Source: Firmicutes bacterium HGW-Firmicutes-9 (GTDB taxonomy: Bacteria > Bacillota > Clostridia > Christensenellales > CAG-138). From it: 64,000 bases of DNA. Position numbers and translations under genes: made by a program. Below, piece after piece: positions 18,368-28,058 of the stretch. Location: the NCBI GenBank assembly GCA_002841395.1, contig PGZM01000004.1:71842-135841 (forward strand). Direction: 5' to 3'. Each line of letters begins with the position of its first letter. The stretch's first letter is position 1. The notes under the pieces are model-generated. The model saw only the letters and a list, made by a program, of their open reading frames with translations, did not search any database and was not told where the DNA came from.

Positions 18368-20257
18368 TTATTCCAGCTCGAATGCGCCGGTGTAGAGCTG
18401 ATAGTATTTGCCGCCTTCGACGATTAGGTGCGCGTGGCTGCCGCGCTCGATGATGCGACCGTTTTCCAGTACCATGATCACGTCGGAGTTCTGCACGGTC
18501 GAGAGCCGATGTGCGATCACAAAGACCGTTCTGCCCTTCATCAGCGCGTCCATGCCGCGCTGGACGATCGCCTCTGTGCGCGTGTCGATGGACGACGTCG
18601 CCTCGTCGAGAATCATCACCGGCGGGTCGGCGACGGCGGCGCGCGCAATCGCGATCAGCTGCCGCTGTCCCTGCGAAAGGTTGCCGCCGTTACTCGTCAG
18701 CGGGGTATCATATCCTTCCGGCAAGCGCGTGATGAAGTCGTCCGCGCCGGCGAGCTTCGCCGCTGCGATACATTCCTCGTCCGTCGCGTCCAGCCGACCG
18801 TAGCGGATGTTTTCCAGCACCGAGCCTGTAAACAGGTTTGTATCCTGTAGCACCATACCGATGGCGCGCCGCAGGTCGGATTTACGGATGCGGTTAATGT
18901 TGATGCCATCGTAGCGAATCTTTCCATCCGCAATGTCGTAAAAGCGGTTGAGCAGATTTGTGATGGTGGTCTTGCCCGCGCCGGTTGCGCCAACAAAGGC
19001 GACCTTCTGACCCGGTTCTGCAAACAGCGTGACATCATGCAGCACGGGTTTGTCCGCGTCATAGGCAAAGTCCACATCGTGCAGCCGAACATCGCCGGAA
19101 AGGCGCGTATAGCGCACGCTTCCGTCGGGCAACGGCTGCTTCCAGGCCCAGATGCCCGTGCGTTCGCTGCTTTCGGTCAGCTCCCCGTTTTGCTCGGTTA
19201 CGTTGACGAGCGTGACGGTGCCTTCATCCGCCTCTTTTTGCTCATCCAGCAGGGCAAACATCCGGCTTGCGCCCGCGAGGCCCATGATGACCGCGTTGAG
19301 CTGTTGGGACACCTGGTTGATGTTGCCGGAGAACTGGCGCGTCATGTTGAGAAACGGCACCACGATGCTGATGCTGAACGCGAGCCCAGAAATGCTCAGG
19401 TTGTTTGCTTGCGTCAGCAGGAATGCGCCGCCTGCCATCGCAACCAGCACGTAGATCAGGTTTCCGATGTTCATGATCACGGGCGGGAGGATGTTTGCAA
19501 ACGTGTTCGCCTGTTCGGAGTCGTGGAAGAGTTCGTCGTTGACCGCGTCAAATCCCGTCTTGGCCTCTTTCTCGTGGCAGAACACCTTGATGACCTTCTG
19601 ACCCGCCATCATCTCCTCGATATAACCTTCCGTTTTACCGATGGACTTCTGCTGGCGCATGAAGTATTTCGCGGAGTTGCCGCCGATCTTTTTGACCGCG
19701 AGCAGCAGGAACGATACTCCGAACAGCACCACGAGCGCCATCCAAACGCTGTAGTACAGCATGATGGAGAACAGCGTCAGCACCATGATGCCGGAGGCCA
19801 GCAGCTGCGGCATGCTCTGTGAAATCAGCTGGCGCAGCGTATCGACGTCGTTGGTGTAGTGGCTCATGATGTCGCCGCGTTCGTGTGTGTCGAAATACTT
19901 CACGGGCAGATCCTGCATGTGACCAAAGAGCTGCTCGCGCAGTCTCTTCAGCGCGCCTTGGGACAGGATCGCCATTGCGCGCGTGTAGGCAAACGACAGG
20001 ATCAGCGAGATTACATACAATACGGCCAGCATCATCGTCAGCCGGATGATTTGCGGCCCGATGACGCCCCATCCCGCGCCTGCGTTCTGTTCCAGCACGG
20101 CGATGATCTTCTGCGTAAAGACAGCCGGTATCGCGGAGACCGCGGAGGAGAAGATGATGCAGACGATCACCGCGGGCAGAGCAACGGGGTAGAAGGAGAA
20201 CAGCGTGCGAAACAATCGCTTCAGCGTGCCCTTTTGATATGTATTCTTCGGCTTCAT
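18368..20257 (-). CDS. ABC exporter, fused permease/ATPase (half of a heterodimeric multidrug-type pair)
   Basis: Six-TM domain plus GATGAGKTT, LSQGQRQLIAIARA, ILDEATS. ATGA overlap with the partner gene. Confidence 0.9.
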   Translation of the reverse strand: MKPKNTYQKGTLKRLFRTLFSFYPVALPAVIVCIIFSSAVSAIPAVFTQKIIAVLEQNAGAGWGVIGPQIIRLTMMLAVLYVISLILSFAYTRAMAILSQGALKRLREQLFGHMQDLPVKYFDTHERGDIMSHYTNDVDTLRQLISQSMPQLLASGIMVLTLFSIMLYYSVWMALVVLFGVSFLLLAVKKIGGNSAKYFMRQQKSIGKTEGYIEEMMAGQKVIKVFCHEKEAKTGFDAVNDELFHDSEQANTFANILPPVIMNIGNLIYVLVAMAGGAFLLTQANNLSISGLAFSISIVVPFLNMTRQFSGNINQVSQQLNAVIMGLAGASRMFALLDEQKEADEGTVTLVNVTEQNGELTESSERTGIWAWKQPLPDGSVRYTRLSGDVRLHDVDFAYDADKPVLHDVTLFAEPGQKVAFVGATGAGKTTITNLLNRFYDIADGKIRYDGININRIRKSDLRRAIGMVLQDTNLFTGSVLENIRYGRLDATDEECIAAAKLAGADDFITRLPEGYDTPLTSNGGNLSQGQRQLIAIARAAVADPPVMILDEATSSIDTRTEAIVQRGMDALMKGRTVFVIAHRLSTVQNSDVIMVLENGRIIERGSHAHLIVEGGKYYQLYTGAFELE

Positions 20258-21993
20258 TCCTGCTCACCTGCCTTGCTCTGGGATTCATATACTTCGCGAT
20301 AAGCCGCATCCGTTTTCAGCAGCTCCTCGTGCGTGCCGACGGAGGAGATGCCGCCCTTGTCGAGCATCACGATGCGGTCTGCATCCATTACGGAGGCGAC
20401 GCGCTGTGCGATGATGATCTTCGTCGTCTCGGGCAGATACGACTTCAGCGCGGCGCGAATCTTCGCGTCTGTGTGTGTGTCCACCGCGCTCGTGGAGTCG
20501 TCCAGAATCAGGATGCGCGGCTTTTTGAGCAGCGCGCGCGCGATGCTGAGGCGCTGCTTCTGCCCACCGGAGACGTTGGTGCCGCCTTGCTCGATGCGCG
20601 TCTCATATCCCTGTGGGAAGGAGCAGATGAAATCATCCGCCTGCGCGAATTCGCAAGCCTGCTTCAGTTCTTCGTCGGTCGCCTGCGGGTTGCCCCAGCG
20701 GAGGTTTTCCGCGATGGTACCGGAGAAGAGCAGATTGTTTTGCAACACGACCGAAACCTGATTGCGCAGCGCGGTGAGATCGTATTCCTTAACGTCCCGT
20801 CCGCCGACGCGAACGGTACCGCTGGTTGCGTCGTATAGCCGCGGAATCAGCTGCACCAGCGAGGTTTTGCTCGAGCCCGTGGTACCGAGAATGCCGATGG
20901 TCTCGCCCGAGCGGATGTGCAGATCGACATCCAGAAGCGCCATGCGCTCGGCTTTCTCCGAATAGCGGAAGCTGACGTGGTCAAAGTCCACAGAACCGTC
21001 CGGCACATCCTGCACCGCGTTTTCAGGACTCTGCAGCGAACTATCTTCCGAGAGCACCTCGACGATACGGCGGCTGGACTCGTCCGCGATGGTGACCATC
21101 ACAAACACCATCGAAAGCATCATCAGGCTCATCAGCGTTTGGAAGCTGTAGATCATCAGCGACGAAAGCTGGCCGACGTTGAAATTCAGCCCGCCTGTGG
21201 TCGCGATGGTATATGCGCCGAAGGTGAGGATGAAGACCATGTTGATGTACAGGCAGAACTGCATCATCGGCCCGTTAAACGCGAGAATTTTTTCCGCCTT
21301 GGTGAACTCCTGGCGCAGTTCTTCCGCAGCGACGCCGAACTTCTGCTTCTCATAGTCTTCGCGCACAAACGATTTCACCACGCGGATGCCCTGCACGTTT
21401 TCCTGAATCGAGCGGTTGAGCGCGTCGTATTTGCGAAACACGCGCCGAAAGATCGGAAACGCGGCGCGGATGATGAAGAATAGCCCGATGCCGAGCATCG
21501 GAATCACCACCACGAAGATCAGCGCGAGTTTCCCGCCCATCAAAAAGGACATGATGATCGCGAAGACGAGCATCAACGGGCTGCGCACCGCGATGCGGAT
21601 GAGCATCATAAACGCGTTTTGCACGTTGGTTACATCCGTCGTCAGGCGCGTGACCAGCGAAGAGGACGAGAAGCGGTCGATGTTTTCAAACGAAAAGGAC
21701 TGGATATTGTAGAACAAGTCCTTGCGTAAATTGCGAGCAAATCCGCTTGCCGCGGTTGCCGCGGCCCTGCCGGAAAGCCAGCCGAGCGTGAGTGACATGC
21801 TCGCAAGCACGATTAGAATCAGGCCGTAGCGCAGCACGACATCATAGGTACAGCCCGCTTTGATCTGGTTGACAAGCAGCGCCGTAATAAAGGGGATTGT
21901 GCATTCGATGATGACCTCCAGCGCCACGAAAACAGGCGCAAGAATGGTCGGCTTTTTGTATTCCCGAATGCTTTTTATCAGTGTTCTCCACAT
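20254..21993 (-). CDS. ABC exporter, fused permease/ATPase (partner half)
   Basis: GTTGSSKTS, VSGGQKQRLSIARAL, LILDDSTS. Start set to the ATG at 21993, behind AAGGAGAA. Confidence 0.9.
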   Translation of the reverse strand: MWRTLIKSIREYKKPTILAPVFVALEVIIECTIPFITALLVNQIKAGCTYDVVLRYGLILIVLASMSLTLGWLSGRAAATAASGFARNLRKDLFYNIQSFSFENIDRFSSSSLVTRLTTDVTNVQNAFMMLIRIAVRSPLMLVFAIIMSFLMGGKLALIFVVVIPMLGIGLFFIIRAAFPIFRRVFRKYDALNRSIQENVQGIRVVKSFVREDYEKQKFGVAAEELRQEFTKAEKILAFNGPMMQFCLYINMVFILTFGAYTIATTGGLNFNVGQLSSLMIYSFQTLMSLMMLSMVFVMVTIADESSRRIVEVLSEDSSLQSPENAVQDVPDGSVDFDHVSFRYSEKAERMALLDVDLHIRSGETIGILGTTGSSKTSLVQLIPRLYDATSGTVRVGGRDVKEYDLTALRNQVSVVLQNNLLFSGTIAENLRWGNPQATDEELKQACEFAQADDFICSFPQGYETRIEQGGTNVSGGQKQRLSIARALLKKPRILILDDSTSAVDTHTDAKIRAALKSYLPETTKIIIAQRVASVMDADRIVMLDKGGISSVGTHEELLKTDAAYREVYESQSKAGEQE

Positions 21994-22065
21994 GTATGTG
22001 TGTTCTCCTTGCTGTCCGCCGTGCATTAGACGGACTGGTAAACGGGTTTCAATCGATTCTGATTG

Positions 22066-22524
22066 CTATTTCAGGCAGCAATTCTCATGAGATTGCGCGA
22101 ATGCCGGATCGGATTTGATCTCTTCCAGATGCGCGGTGAGTATGCCGAGCGTCTCCTCCAGCTGGGTCTTCTGTTCGGCGCTCAAGCATTCAAACATGCG
22201 CTCCAGCGTGCGGTGATAGTGCGTCTCAACAGAGACAGCGGTTTCCGTGCCCTTCGGCGTGAGCGAAAGATCGACCTGCCGCTTGTCCTCCGTGCTTTTG
22301 GTGCGGAAGATCAGTCCGCTGTCCTCCATCTTTTGCAAAATTTCGCTCAGCGCGCCGGAACTGATATCCAGAACGTCCTGCAGCTCCTTTTGCGTGATAC
22401 GCCCGTGCGTATTCAGGCGCATCAGGATGCGCTGCTGACCCGCTTTGCCGCCAACCTGATAGTACAAAAATCGTCCGCAAGATTTTAACCGGATGGCGAG
22501 GGTGTGCTCCTGTGGATATTTCAC
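22066..22524 (-). CDS. MarR-family transcriptional regulator
   Basis: Winged-HTH segment ITQKELQDVLDISSGALSEILQKMEDSGLI. GTG start behind AAGGAG. Heads the exporter operon. Confidence 0.86.
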   Translation of the reverse strand: MKYPQEHTLAIRLKSCGRFLYYQVGGKAGQQRILMRLNTHGRITQKELQDVLDISSGALSEILQKMEDSGLIFRTKSTEDKRQVDLSLTPKGTETAVSVETHYHRTLERMFECLSAEQKTQLEETLGILTAHLEEIKSDPAFAQSHENCCLK

Positions 22525-22560
22525 GTGGCTCTACTCCTTTTTTAAACAAGTGCGAGTAAG

Positions 22561-22595
22561 ATTGCTTTGTACCAAGTAGTTCGGTACCGAGCAAT
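22561..22595 (-). promoter_or_regulatory. Candidate MarR operator (35-bp imperfect palindrome)
   Basis: ATTGCTttGTACCaagtagttcGGTACcgAGCAAT lies directly downstream of the -10 element. Confidence 0.4.
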
Positions 22596-22624
22596 ATTGT
22601 ACGCCGATTTTTCTCATTATGCAA
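22596..22624 (-). promoter_or_regulatory. Promoter of the MarR-exporter operon
   Basis: Minus-strand TTGCAT, 17 nt spacer, TACAAT. Confidence 0.5.
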
Positions 22625-22663
22625 CAGGATTGTGAGTCGGGGGTACCTACGGGGCGTAGAATC

Positions 22664-22692
22664 AAACAAAAAGCACCGCCTTATAGCGGTGC
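22664..22692 (-). terminator. Intrinsic terminator after the deaminase gene
   Basis: Minus-strand GCACCGC-UAUAAG-GCGGUGC followed by UUUUUGUUU. Confidence 0.75.
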
Positions 22693-22719
22693 ATGAATCG
22701 GTTGCGTATGAAAAATTCG

Positions 22720-23187
22720 TTAGCCTTTGCTGGCTTTTGCAAAATAGCTGCTCAGGATTGCGAGGCTCTCTTCTCTTAGAACGCCGCCTGCGACGAGCGG
22801 TTTGTGCGCGGAGTGGGAGAAGACGATGCCGCAGCAGTCGCTGCCCGTTTCACCCAGTATATTGCATAGATCGATGTCGCTCGCGCCGAACACCAGCCGT
22901 CCCAGCTTTGTCCATACCATCGCGCCGCAGCACATGAAGCACGGCTCACAGCTGGAATACAGCGTATAGTCGGTCAGATCCGTGATGCGCTCCGCAGCGC
23001 AGAAATTTCGAAGCAGTCCTGCCTCGGCGTGATACGTCGGGTCGGAACCCGTATAGATCTGGTTTTCGTTTGTAAAAACGATCTCCTCGTCTTTGACCAG
23101 CACCGCGCCAAAGGGTTCGTTGCCGTGCGCAACTGCCTGCGCGGAGAGGCGGATTGCCTCTTTCATAAACCGTTCGTCTTGCGTCAT
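22720..23187 (-). CDS. CMP/dCMP-type zinc nucleoside deaminase (guanine or tRNA-adenosine deaminase-like)
   Basis: HAE...CEPCFMCCGA zinc motif. Start set to the ATG at 23187, behind AGGAG. Confidence 0.82.
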   Translation of the reverse strand: MTQDERFMKEAIRLSAQAVAHGNEPFGAVLVKDEEIVFTNENQIYTGSDPTYHAEAGLLRNFCAAERITDLTDYTLYSSCEPCFMCCGAMVWTKLGRLVFGASDIDLCNILGETGSDCCGIVFSHSAHKPLVAGGVLREESLAILSSYFAKASKG

Positions 23188-23328
23188 TGTTTGCTCCTGC
23201 TGCTGCGTATTTTTACCTGTGAATGATGCGCGGTTGCTTAAGAAATATGCTGGAAAAGAAGTGTATCTGCACATTATCTTATTGTGGTCGCGCGGGTATT
23301 GCAAGCATGCAAATGGCAAAACGCGCCG

Positions 23329-23697
23329 TTATTCCAAAATAGCATACCCCGCGTCGGCAAGCGCTTCAATCGCGCGGTCAAACACATCCGCCTTGGTAAA
23401 GATGTAGTCGGTGTTGTAGGTTGAAACGGCGAATATACTGATACCTTGCTCGGCTAGAATGCCGGAGATTTGCGCAAGAATGCCGACAAGCGAAAAGTCC
23501 AGCACACCGCAGACGCGAAACCCGCGCCAGCCGTCTTCGCGTGCGAGCGTGTGTTGCGGAACATGCGCCGTTTCGCAGACAAGAGACAGCTCTTCATCGG
23601 TTCTGGAGAAGAAGACGAACCCCCTCGAAAGATCGATTTCTGATGTGTCCGGTATCTGACAGACGGTAAAAGCTTGCGGTAACAACGTTAGATTCAT
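23329..23697 (-). CDS. ACT-domain protein
   Basis: 122 aa. C-terminal VGILAQISGILAEQGISIFAVSTYNTDYIF is ACT-like. Confidence 0.7.
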   Translation of the reverse strand: MNLTLLPQAFTVCQIPDTSEIDLSRGFVFFSRTDEELSLVCETAHVPQHTLAREDGWRGFRVCGVLDFSLVGILAQISGILAEQGISIFAVSTYNTDYIFTKADVFDRAIEALADAGYAILE

Positions 23698-23726
23698 TCG
23701 TTAATCTCCATTCATTTGGGATTCAT

Positions 23727-23756
23727 AAGAAAACGCCCGCGGCTGAGCAGCGGGCG
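23727..23756 (-). terminator. Intrinsic terminator after the cytidylate-kinase-like gene
   Basis: Minus-strand CGCCCGC...GCGGGCG followed by UUUUCUU. Confidence 0.6.
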
Positions 23757-23778
23757 GTGAGATACGGTTTGTTCTGCC

Positions 23779-24405
23779 TCACACTTTCGTGAAGATCGGC
23801 AGCGCCTTGACGATGCGATCGACGCAGCCTTCTACACCAAGCGCTGCGGAATCGAGGCTGATGTCGAAGTGGCTTGCGTCGCGCCAGCTTTCGCCGGTGT
23901 AGAAACGGTAGTATTCCGCGCGGTTTTCGTCCTGCTCGCAGATATACTTCTTGATCTCCGCCTCCGTCATCGCGAGCGAGTAGCTCGCAACGCGCGCGAT
24001 TCTCGCCTCCAGCGGCGCGTGGATGAAGGTGCGCAGCAGATAGGACTTTCCTTTGAGGATCTGGTCGGCGCAGCGGCCCAAGATGATGCAGCTGCTGATT
24101 TCGGCAAGCTCGGTGATGATCTTTGCCTGAAACTGGAACAGGTTTTGCTGGCTCGTATAGTTGTCGCTGTCCGGCGGCAAAATCTCGCCCGTGTAAACCT
24201 TTTGCGCGGCGCGCATCATTTCATGCTTGCCGAGGCGCTCGTCCACCTCGCCGAAGAGCCGCTCGTTGATACCGCTCACATCGGATGCGATGCGAAGCAG
24301 CTTTCGGTCATAGAACGGAATGTTCAGTTTGTCGGAGAGTTTTTTCGCGATGTCGTATCCGCCGCTGCCTTTTTCACGCGCGATCGTGATCACATAGTGT
24401 GCCAT
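23779..24405 (-). CDS. Cytidylate-kinase-like family protein
   Basis: ITIAREKGSGGYDIAKKLSDKLNIPFYDRKLL, typical of the AAA/cytidylate-kinase-2 family. Confidence 0.78.
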   Translation of the reverse strand: MAHYVITIAREKGSGGYDIAKKLSDKLNIPFYDRKLLRIASDVSGINERLFGEVDERLGKHEMMRAAQKVYTGEILPPDSDNYTSQQNLFQFQAKIITELAEISSCIILGRCADQILKGKSYLLRTFIHAPLEARIARVASYSLAMTEAEIKKYICEQDENRAEYYRFYTGESWRDASHFDISLDSAALGVEGCVDRIVKALPIFTKV

Positions 24406-24442
24406 CGAAATCCAGTCTCCTTTCCGTTAACGCGTTGTCGCG

Positions 24443-25147
24443 TTATGCGCCGAGATATGCCTTTCGAACCCTGTCGTCCTCTGCAAGCTCTTTTGCCGAA
24501 CCGCTCATGGAAATCTTACCCGTTTCGAGCACGTAGGCGCGGTCTGCGACGGCAAGCGCCTTTTTCGCGTTCTGTTCGACGAGCAGAATCGTGATGCCGC
24601 TCTCGTGCAGCTGCTCGATGATGGTGAAGATCTCGTTGACCAGAATCGGCGAAAGACCCATCGAAGGTTCGTCCATCAGCAGGATCTTGGGATTCGTCAT
24701 CAGCGCACGACCGGTTGCGAGCATCTGCTGTTCGCCGCCGGAGAGCGTACCGCCGAGCTGGCGGCAGCGTTCCTTGAGACGTGGGAAATGGTGGAACACC
24801 CGCTCCATGTTGTCGCTGATGCGTTTGGGGTCATTTATAATATACGCCCCCATACGCAGGTTTTCCTCTACGGTCATGCGGGAAAATATGTGTCGGCCTT
24901 CCGGAACATGGGCAAGACCCATGTTGATGATGCTGTTGGCGGGCACTTTTTGCAGGCTTTTGCCGTCCAGCAGGATATCGCCGGAGGTCGCGCGCAGCAG
25001 ACCCGAGATGGTGTGCAAAATTGTCGTCTTGCCTGCGCCGTTCGCGCCGACGAGGGAGACCAGCTCGCCGTCGTTGACGGTGATGGAGATGCCCTTGATG
25101 GCGTGAATTGCGCCATAGAATACGTGAATGTCTTTAATCTCTAACAT
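24443..25147 (-). CDS. livF: ABC ATP-binding protein (LivF family), system 2
   Basis: GANGAGKTT, LSGGEQQMLATGRAL, LLMDEPS. Start set to the ATG at 25147. Confidence 0.9.
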   Translation of the reverse strand: MLEIKDIHVFYGAIHAIKGISITVNDGELVSLVGANGAGKTTILHTISGLLRATSGDILLDGKSLQKVPANSIINMGLAHVPEGRHIFSRMTVEENLRMGAYIINDPKRISDNMERVFHHFPRLKERCRQLGGTLSGGEQQMLATGRALMTNPKILLMDEPSMGLSPILVNEIFTIIEQLHESGITILLVEQNAKKALAVADRAYVLETGKISMSGSAKELAEDDRVRKAYLGA

Positions 25148-25157
25148 GCTCTGCCTC

Positions 25158-25931
25158 CTACTGTCCCAGATAGGCCGCGATGACCTTGGGATTCTTCGCG
25201 ATATCTTCGGGCAATCCTTCGGCAATGGTAACGCCGTAGTCGATGACCTGGATGCGCTCGCAGATGTTCATCACGAGCGACATATCGTGCTCGATGAGCA
25301 GAATCGCGATGCCGAAGCGGTTGCGGATCGTGGTGATGCAATCCAGCAGTTCGGCGGTTTCCGTGGGGTTCATGCCGGCCGCGGGTTCGTCCAGCAGCAG
25401 CAGCTTCATGTCCGTCGCAAGCGCGCGGGCAATCTCCAGCTTGCGCTGTTGACCGTAGGGCAGGTTTGCCGCGATGTAGTCGGCTTTGTCCTGCAGATTG
25501 AAGATGGACAGCAGATCCATCGCTTTTTCTTTGAGCTCTTTTTCCGTCTTCCAGAAGCGCGGGGTGCGGAAGAGCGAGTCGAGCATGTTGTACTTGACGT
25601 CCTTGGTGAACGCGGCAAGCACGTTTTCCAGCACCGTCATCTGCTTAAAGAGACGGATATTCTGGAATGTGCGCGCGACGCCCGCTGCGACAAACTGGTG
25701 TGTCTTTTTGCCGTTGAGCACATGGCCTTCCAGCAAGACGGAGCCTTCGGTGGGCTTATACACGCCGGTGAGCATGTTGAACACCGTCGTCTTGCCCGCG
25801 CCGTTGGGGCCGATGAGACCCACGAGCTCGCCCTTGAAGACCTTGATGTTGAAGTCCGACACGGCGACAAGTCCGCCGAACGTAATGCCGAGCTTTCGGG
25901 TTTCCAGGATAGGCGTACGTTCATCAGTCAT
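25158..25931 (-). CDS. livG: ABC ATP-binding protein (LivG family), system 2
   Basis: GPNGAGKTT, LPYGQQRKLEIARAL, LLLLDEP. Confidence 0.9.
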   Translation of the reverse strand: MTDERTPILETRKLGITFGGLVAVSDFNIKVFKGELVGLIGPNGAGKTTVFNMLTGVYKPTEGSVLLEGHVLNGKKTHQFVAAGVARTFQNIRLFKQMTVLENVLAAFTKDVKYNMLDSLFRTPRFWKTEKELKEKAMDLLSIFNLQDKADYIAANLPYGQQRKLEIARALATDMKLLLLDEPAAGMNPTETAELLDCITTIRNRFGIAILLIEHDMSLVMNICERIQVIDYGVTIAEGLPEDIAKNPKVIAAYLGQ

Positions 25932-27075
25932 GGCTCATCGCCTCCTTGTTGTTCTGTTTTTGCCGCTGTCTTCTCAAACGCTGCTGTTTGATGTCGGAGA
26001 AGAAGTTGCGAAGCGAGAGCTCGTAGGTGCCGAAGATGCCTTTCGGGCGGAACATGATCACGATGATGAGGATGATAGCGTACACCAGCATCGGGAACGC
26101 GAAAATGTTTTGCAGCCACAGCGGAAGCACCTTGACCCACAGACCGTTTTTGATCTGATAGTTGACCAGGAACATGACGATCGCGGCGACGATAGAGCCG
26201 GTCAGCGAACCCATGCCGCCGAGCACGACCATGACGACCACGAACGTGGAGTTCAGGATGCCGCCGTTGGCAAACGCGAAGGATGAAGTGGAGAGCGTCG
26301 CATTGGCGCAGGCGTACAGCGCGCCGGCAACGCCCGCGAAGAACGCGGAGTAGGCGAACGTGAACACCTTGTAGTACGAGGTGTTGATGCCGGAGGCGGA
26401 GGCCGCGATTTCATCGTCCCGGATGGCGCGGATGGCTCTGCCATATTTCGAACGTACGAACATGAACATCATCGCTACACACACAAGCGTTACGATGACC
26501 GCGACCCAAATGTAGGTCACCTTCAGAGCGGTGCCGAAACCGAGGCCGTTTTTATAGAGCGAAGCCGCGGCGCTGCCCAGCGCGAGGCCTTCCTGACCCG
26601 CGAAGGGCAGGTTGTTGATGATGTTGACGATGATCATGCCGAAACCCAGCGTAATGATGGCAAGATAGTCGCCTTTGAGGCGCAGCGCCGGAATACCGAC
26701 GATCAATCCTACAATGGCGGCAAGCACACCGGCGACGATGATACAGACGGCGAGCACGAGCAGAAACGCCGGGCCGCTCTTTTCTTCAAACACGCCAGCG
26801 CGTTCGGCAGCAAGAGAGATCAGTGCCGCGGCATACGCGCCGATTGCCATAAAGCCGCAATGTCCCAGCGACAGCTGACCCAAAAAGCCGAGCGTCAGGT
26901 TGAGGGAGGCGGCGAGGATGATCAGATAGCAGCACTGCCAGATGCTGGGTGCAATGATGAGCTTGAAATCGCCCGCCTTGCCAAAGTTCTCCTTGATGAA
27001 TGCGAACCCGATCAAGAGGATCGCGATGACCAGCGTATTGAGGATATACCCCTGTGTTGTTCTGTTCTTGATCAT
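25924..27075 (-). CDS. livM: Branched-chain amino-acid ABC permease (LivM family), system 2
   Basis: GFLGQLSLGHCGFMAIGAY motif. Overlaps both neighbouring genes. Confidence 0.9.
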   Translation of the reverse strand: MIKNRTTQGYILNTLVIAILLIGFAFIKENFGKAGDFKLIIAPSIWQCCYLIILAASLNLTLGFLGQLSLGHCGFMAIGAYAAALISLAAERAGVFEEKSGPAFLLVLAVCIIVAGVLAAIVGLIVGIPALRLKGDYLAIITLGFGMIIVNIINNLPFAGQEGLALGSAAASLYKNGLGFGTALKVTYIWVAVIVTLVCVAMMFMFVRSKYGRAIRAIRDDEIAASASGINTSYYKVFTFAYSAFFAGVAGALYACANATLSTSSFAFANGGILNSTFVVVMVVLGGMGSLTGSIVAAIVMFLVNYQIKNGLWVKVLPLWLQNIFAFPMLVYAIILIIVIMFRPKGIFGTYELSLRNFFSDIKQQRLRRQRQKQNNKEAMSHD

Positions 27076-27968
27076 ACTTTTTCACCCAAGTTCTTTCCAA
27101 GGATTCCGGCAGGTTTGATGATCAGCATGACGATCAGGATGAGGAACACGAACGCATCCGCCATGCTCGAGCTGACATAGCTGGTGGTGAAGGACTCAAC
27201 AAGGCCGATGACAAAACCGCCGAGCATAGCGCCCGGGATGATGCCGATTCCGCCGAGCACGGCGGCGACGAAGGCCTTGAGGCCCAGCATGGAACCCATG
27301 GTCGTGTAGACCTTGGGGTACTGGGCAATATACATCAGAGCGGCGATCGCAGCGAGGCTGGAGCCGATGGCAAACGTCATTACGATCGTGCGGTTGACGT
27401 TGATGCCCATGAGGATAGAAGCGGGCTTATCCTCGGACACGCAGCGCATGGCGCGACCGATCTTGGTCTTTTGCGTGAATTGGTAGAGCGCTACCATGAC
27501 GACAACGCTGATGCAGATGGTCATCATCGTCGTCCAGTCGAGCGTAACATTCGCAACACGAATGCCGCCGGCAGCAAAAATTTGGTTCGCGACTTTCGGA
27601 TTCGGTCCGATTTGCGGGATCGCCTGCGCGAGATTTTCCAGCAGTAAACTCACCGCGATGGCCGTAATGAGCGCCGACATCGAGGTGCCTTTCTTGCGGA
27701 CGGGACGGTATGCGATCAGCTCTGTCGACATACCGACGAGCGCGCAAACCAGAATCGCGAGGAATACGGAGACCCAGATCGGAAGACCAAGAGAAATCAT
27801 CACCGGAATGGTGAAGATCATCGTATAGCCGCCGACCATGATAAAGTCGCCGTGGGCAAAGTTGATCAAACGGATGATACCGTAGACCATGGTGTAGCCG
27901 AGTGCGACGAGTGCATAGATGCTCCCGAGTCTAAGCCCGACAAACAGTGTTTGCAAGAATGTGCTCAC
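27072..27968 (-). CDS. livH: Branched-chain amino-acid ABC permease (LivH family), system 2
   Basis: YALVALGYTMVYGIIRLINFAHGD signature. Confidence 0.9.
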   Translation of the reverse strand: MSTFLQTLFVGLRLGSIYALVALGYTMVYGIIRLINFAHGDFIMVGGYTMIFTIPVMISLGLPIWVSVFLAILVCALVGMSTELIAYRPVRKKGTSMSALITAIAVSLLLENLAQAIPQIGPNPKVANQIFAAGGIRVANVTLDWTTMMTICISVVVMVALYQFTQKTKIGRAMRCVSEDKPASILMGINVNRTIVMTFAIGSSLAAIAALMYIAQYPKVYTTMGSMLGLKAFVAAVLGGIGIIPGAMLGGFVIGLVESFTTSYVSSSMADAFVFLILIVMLIIKPAGILGKNLGEKV

Positions 27969-28058
27969 TTGTTCGTTCCGCCTTTCGAAATTAACGGCAA
28001 AGGAGGCGCGGCGTGAGCCTCGCCTCCTTTGTCCTATATGCTGTTTGCGAATGCTTCG

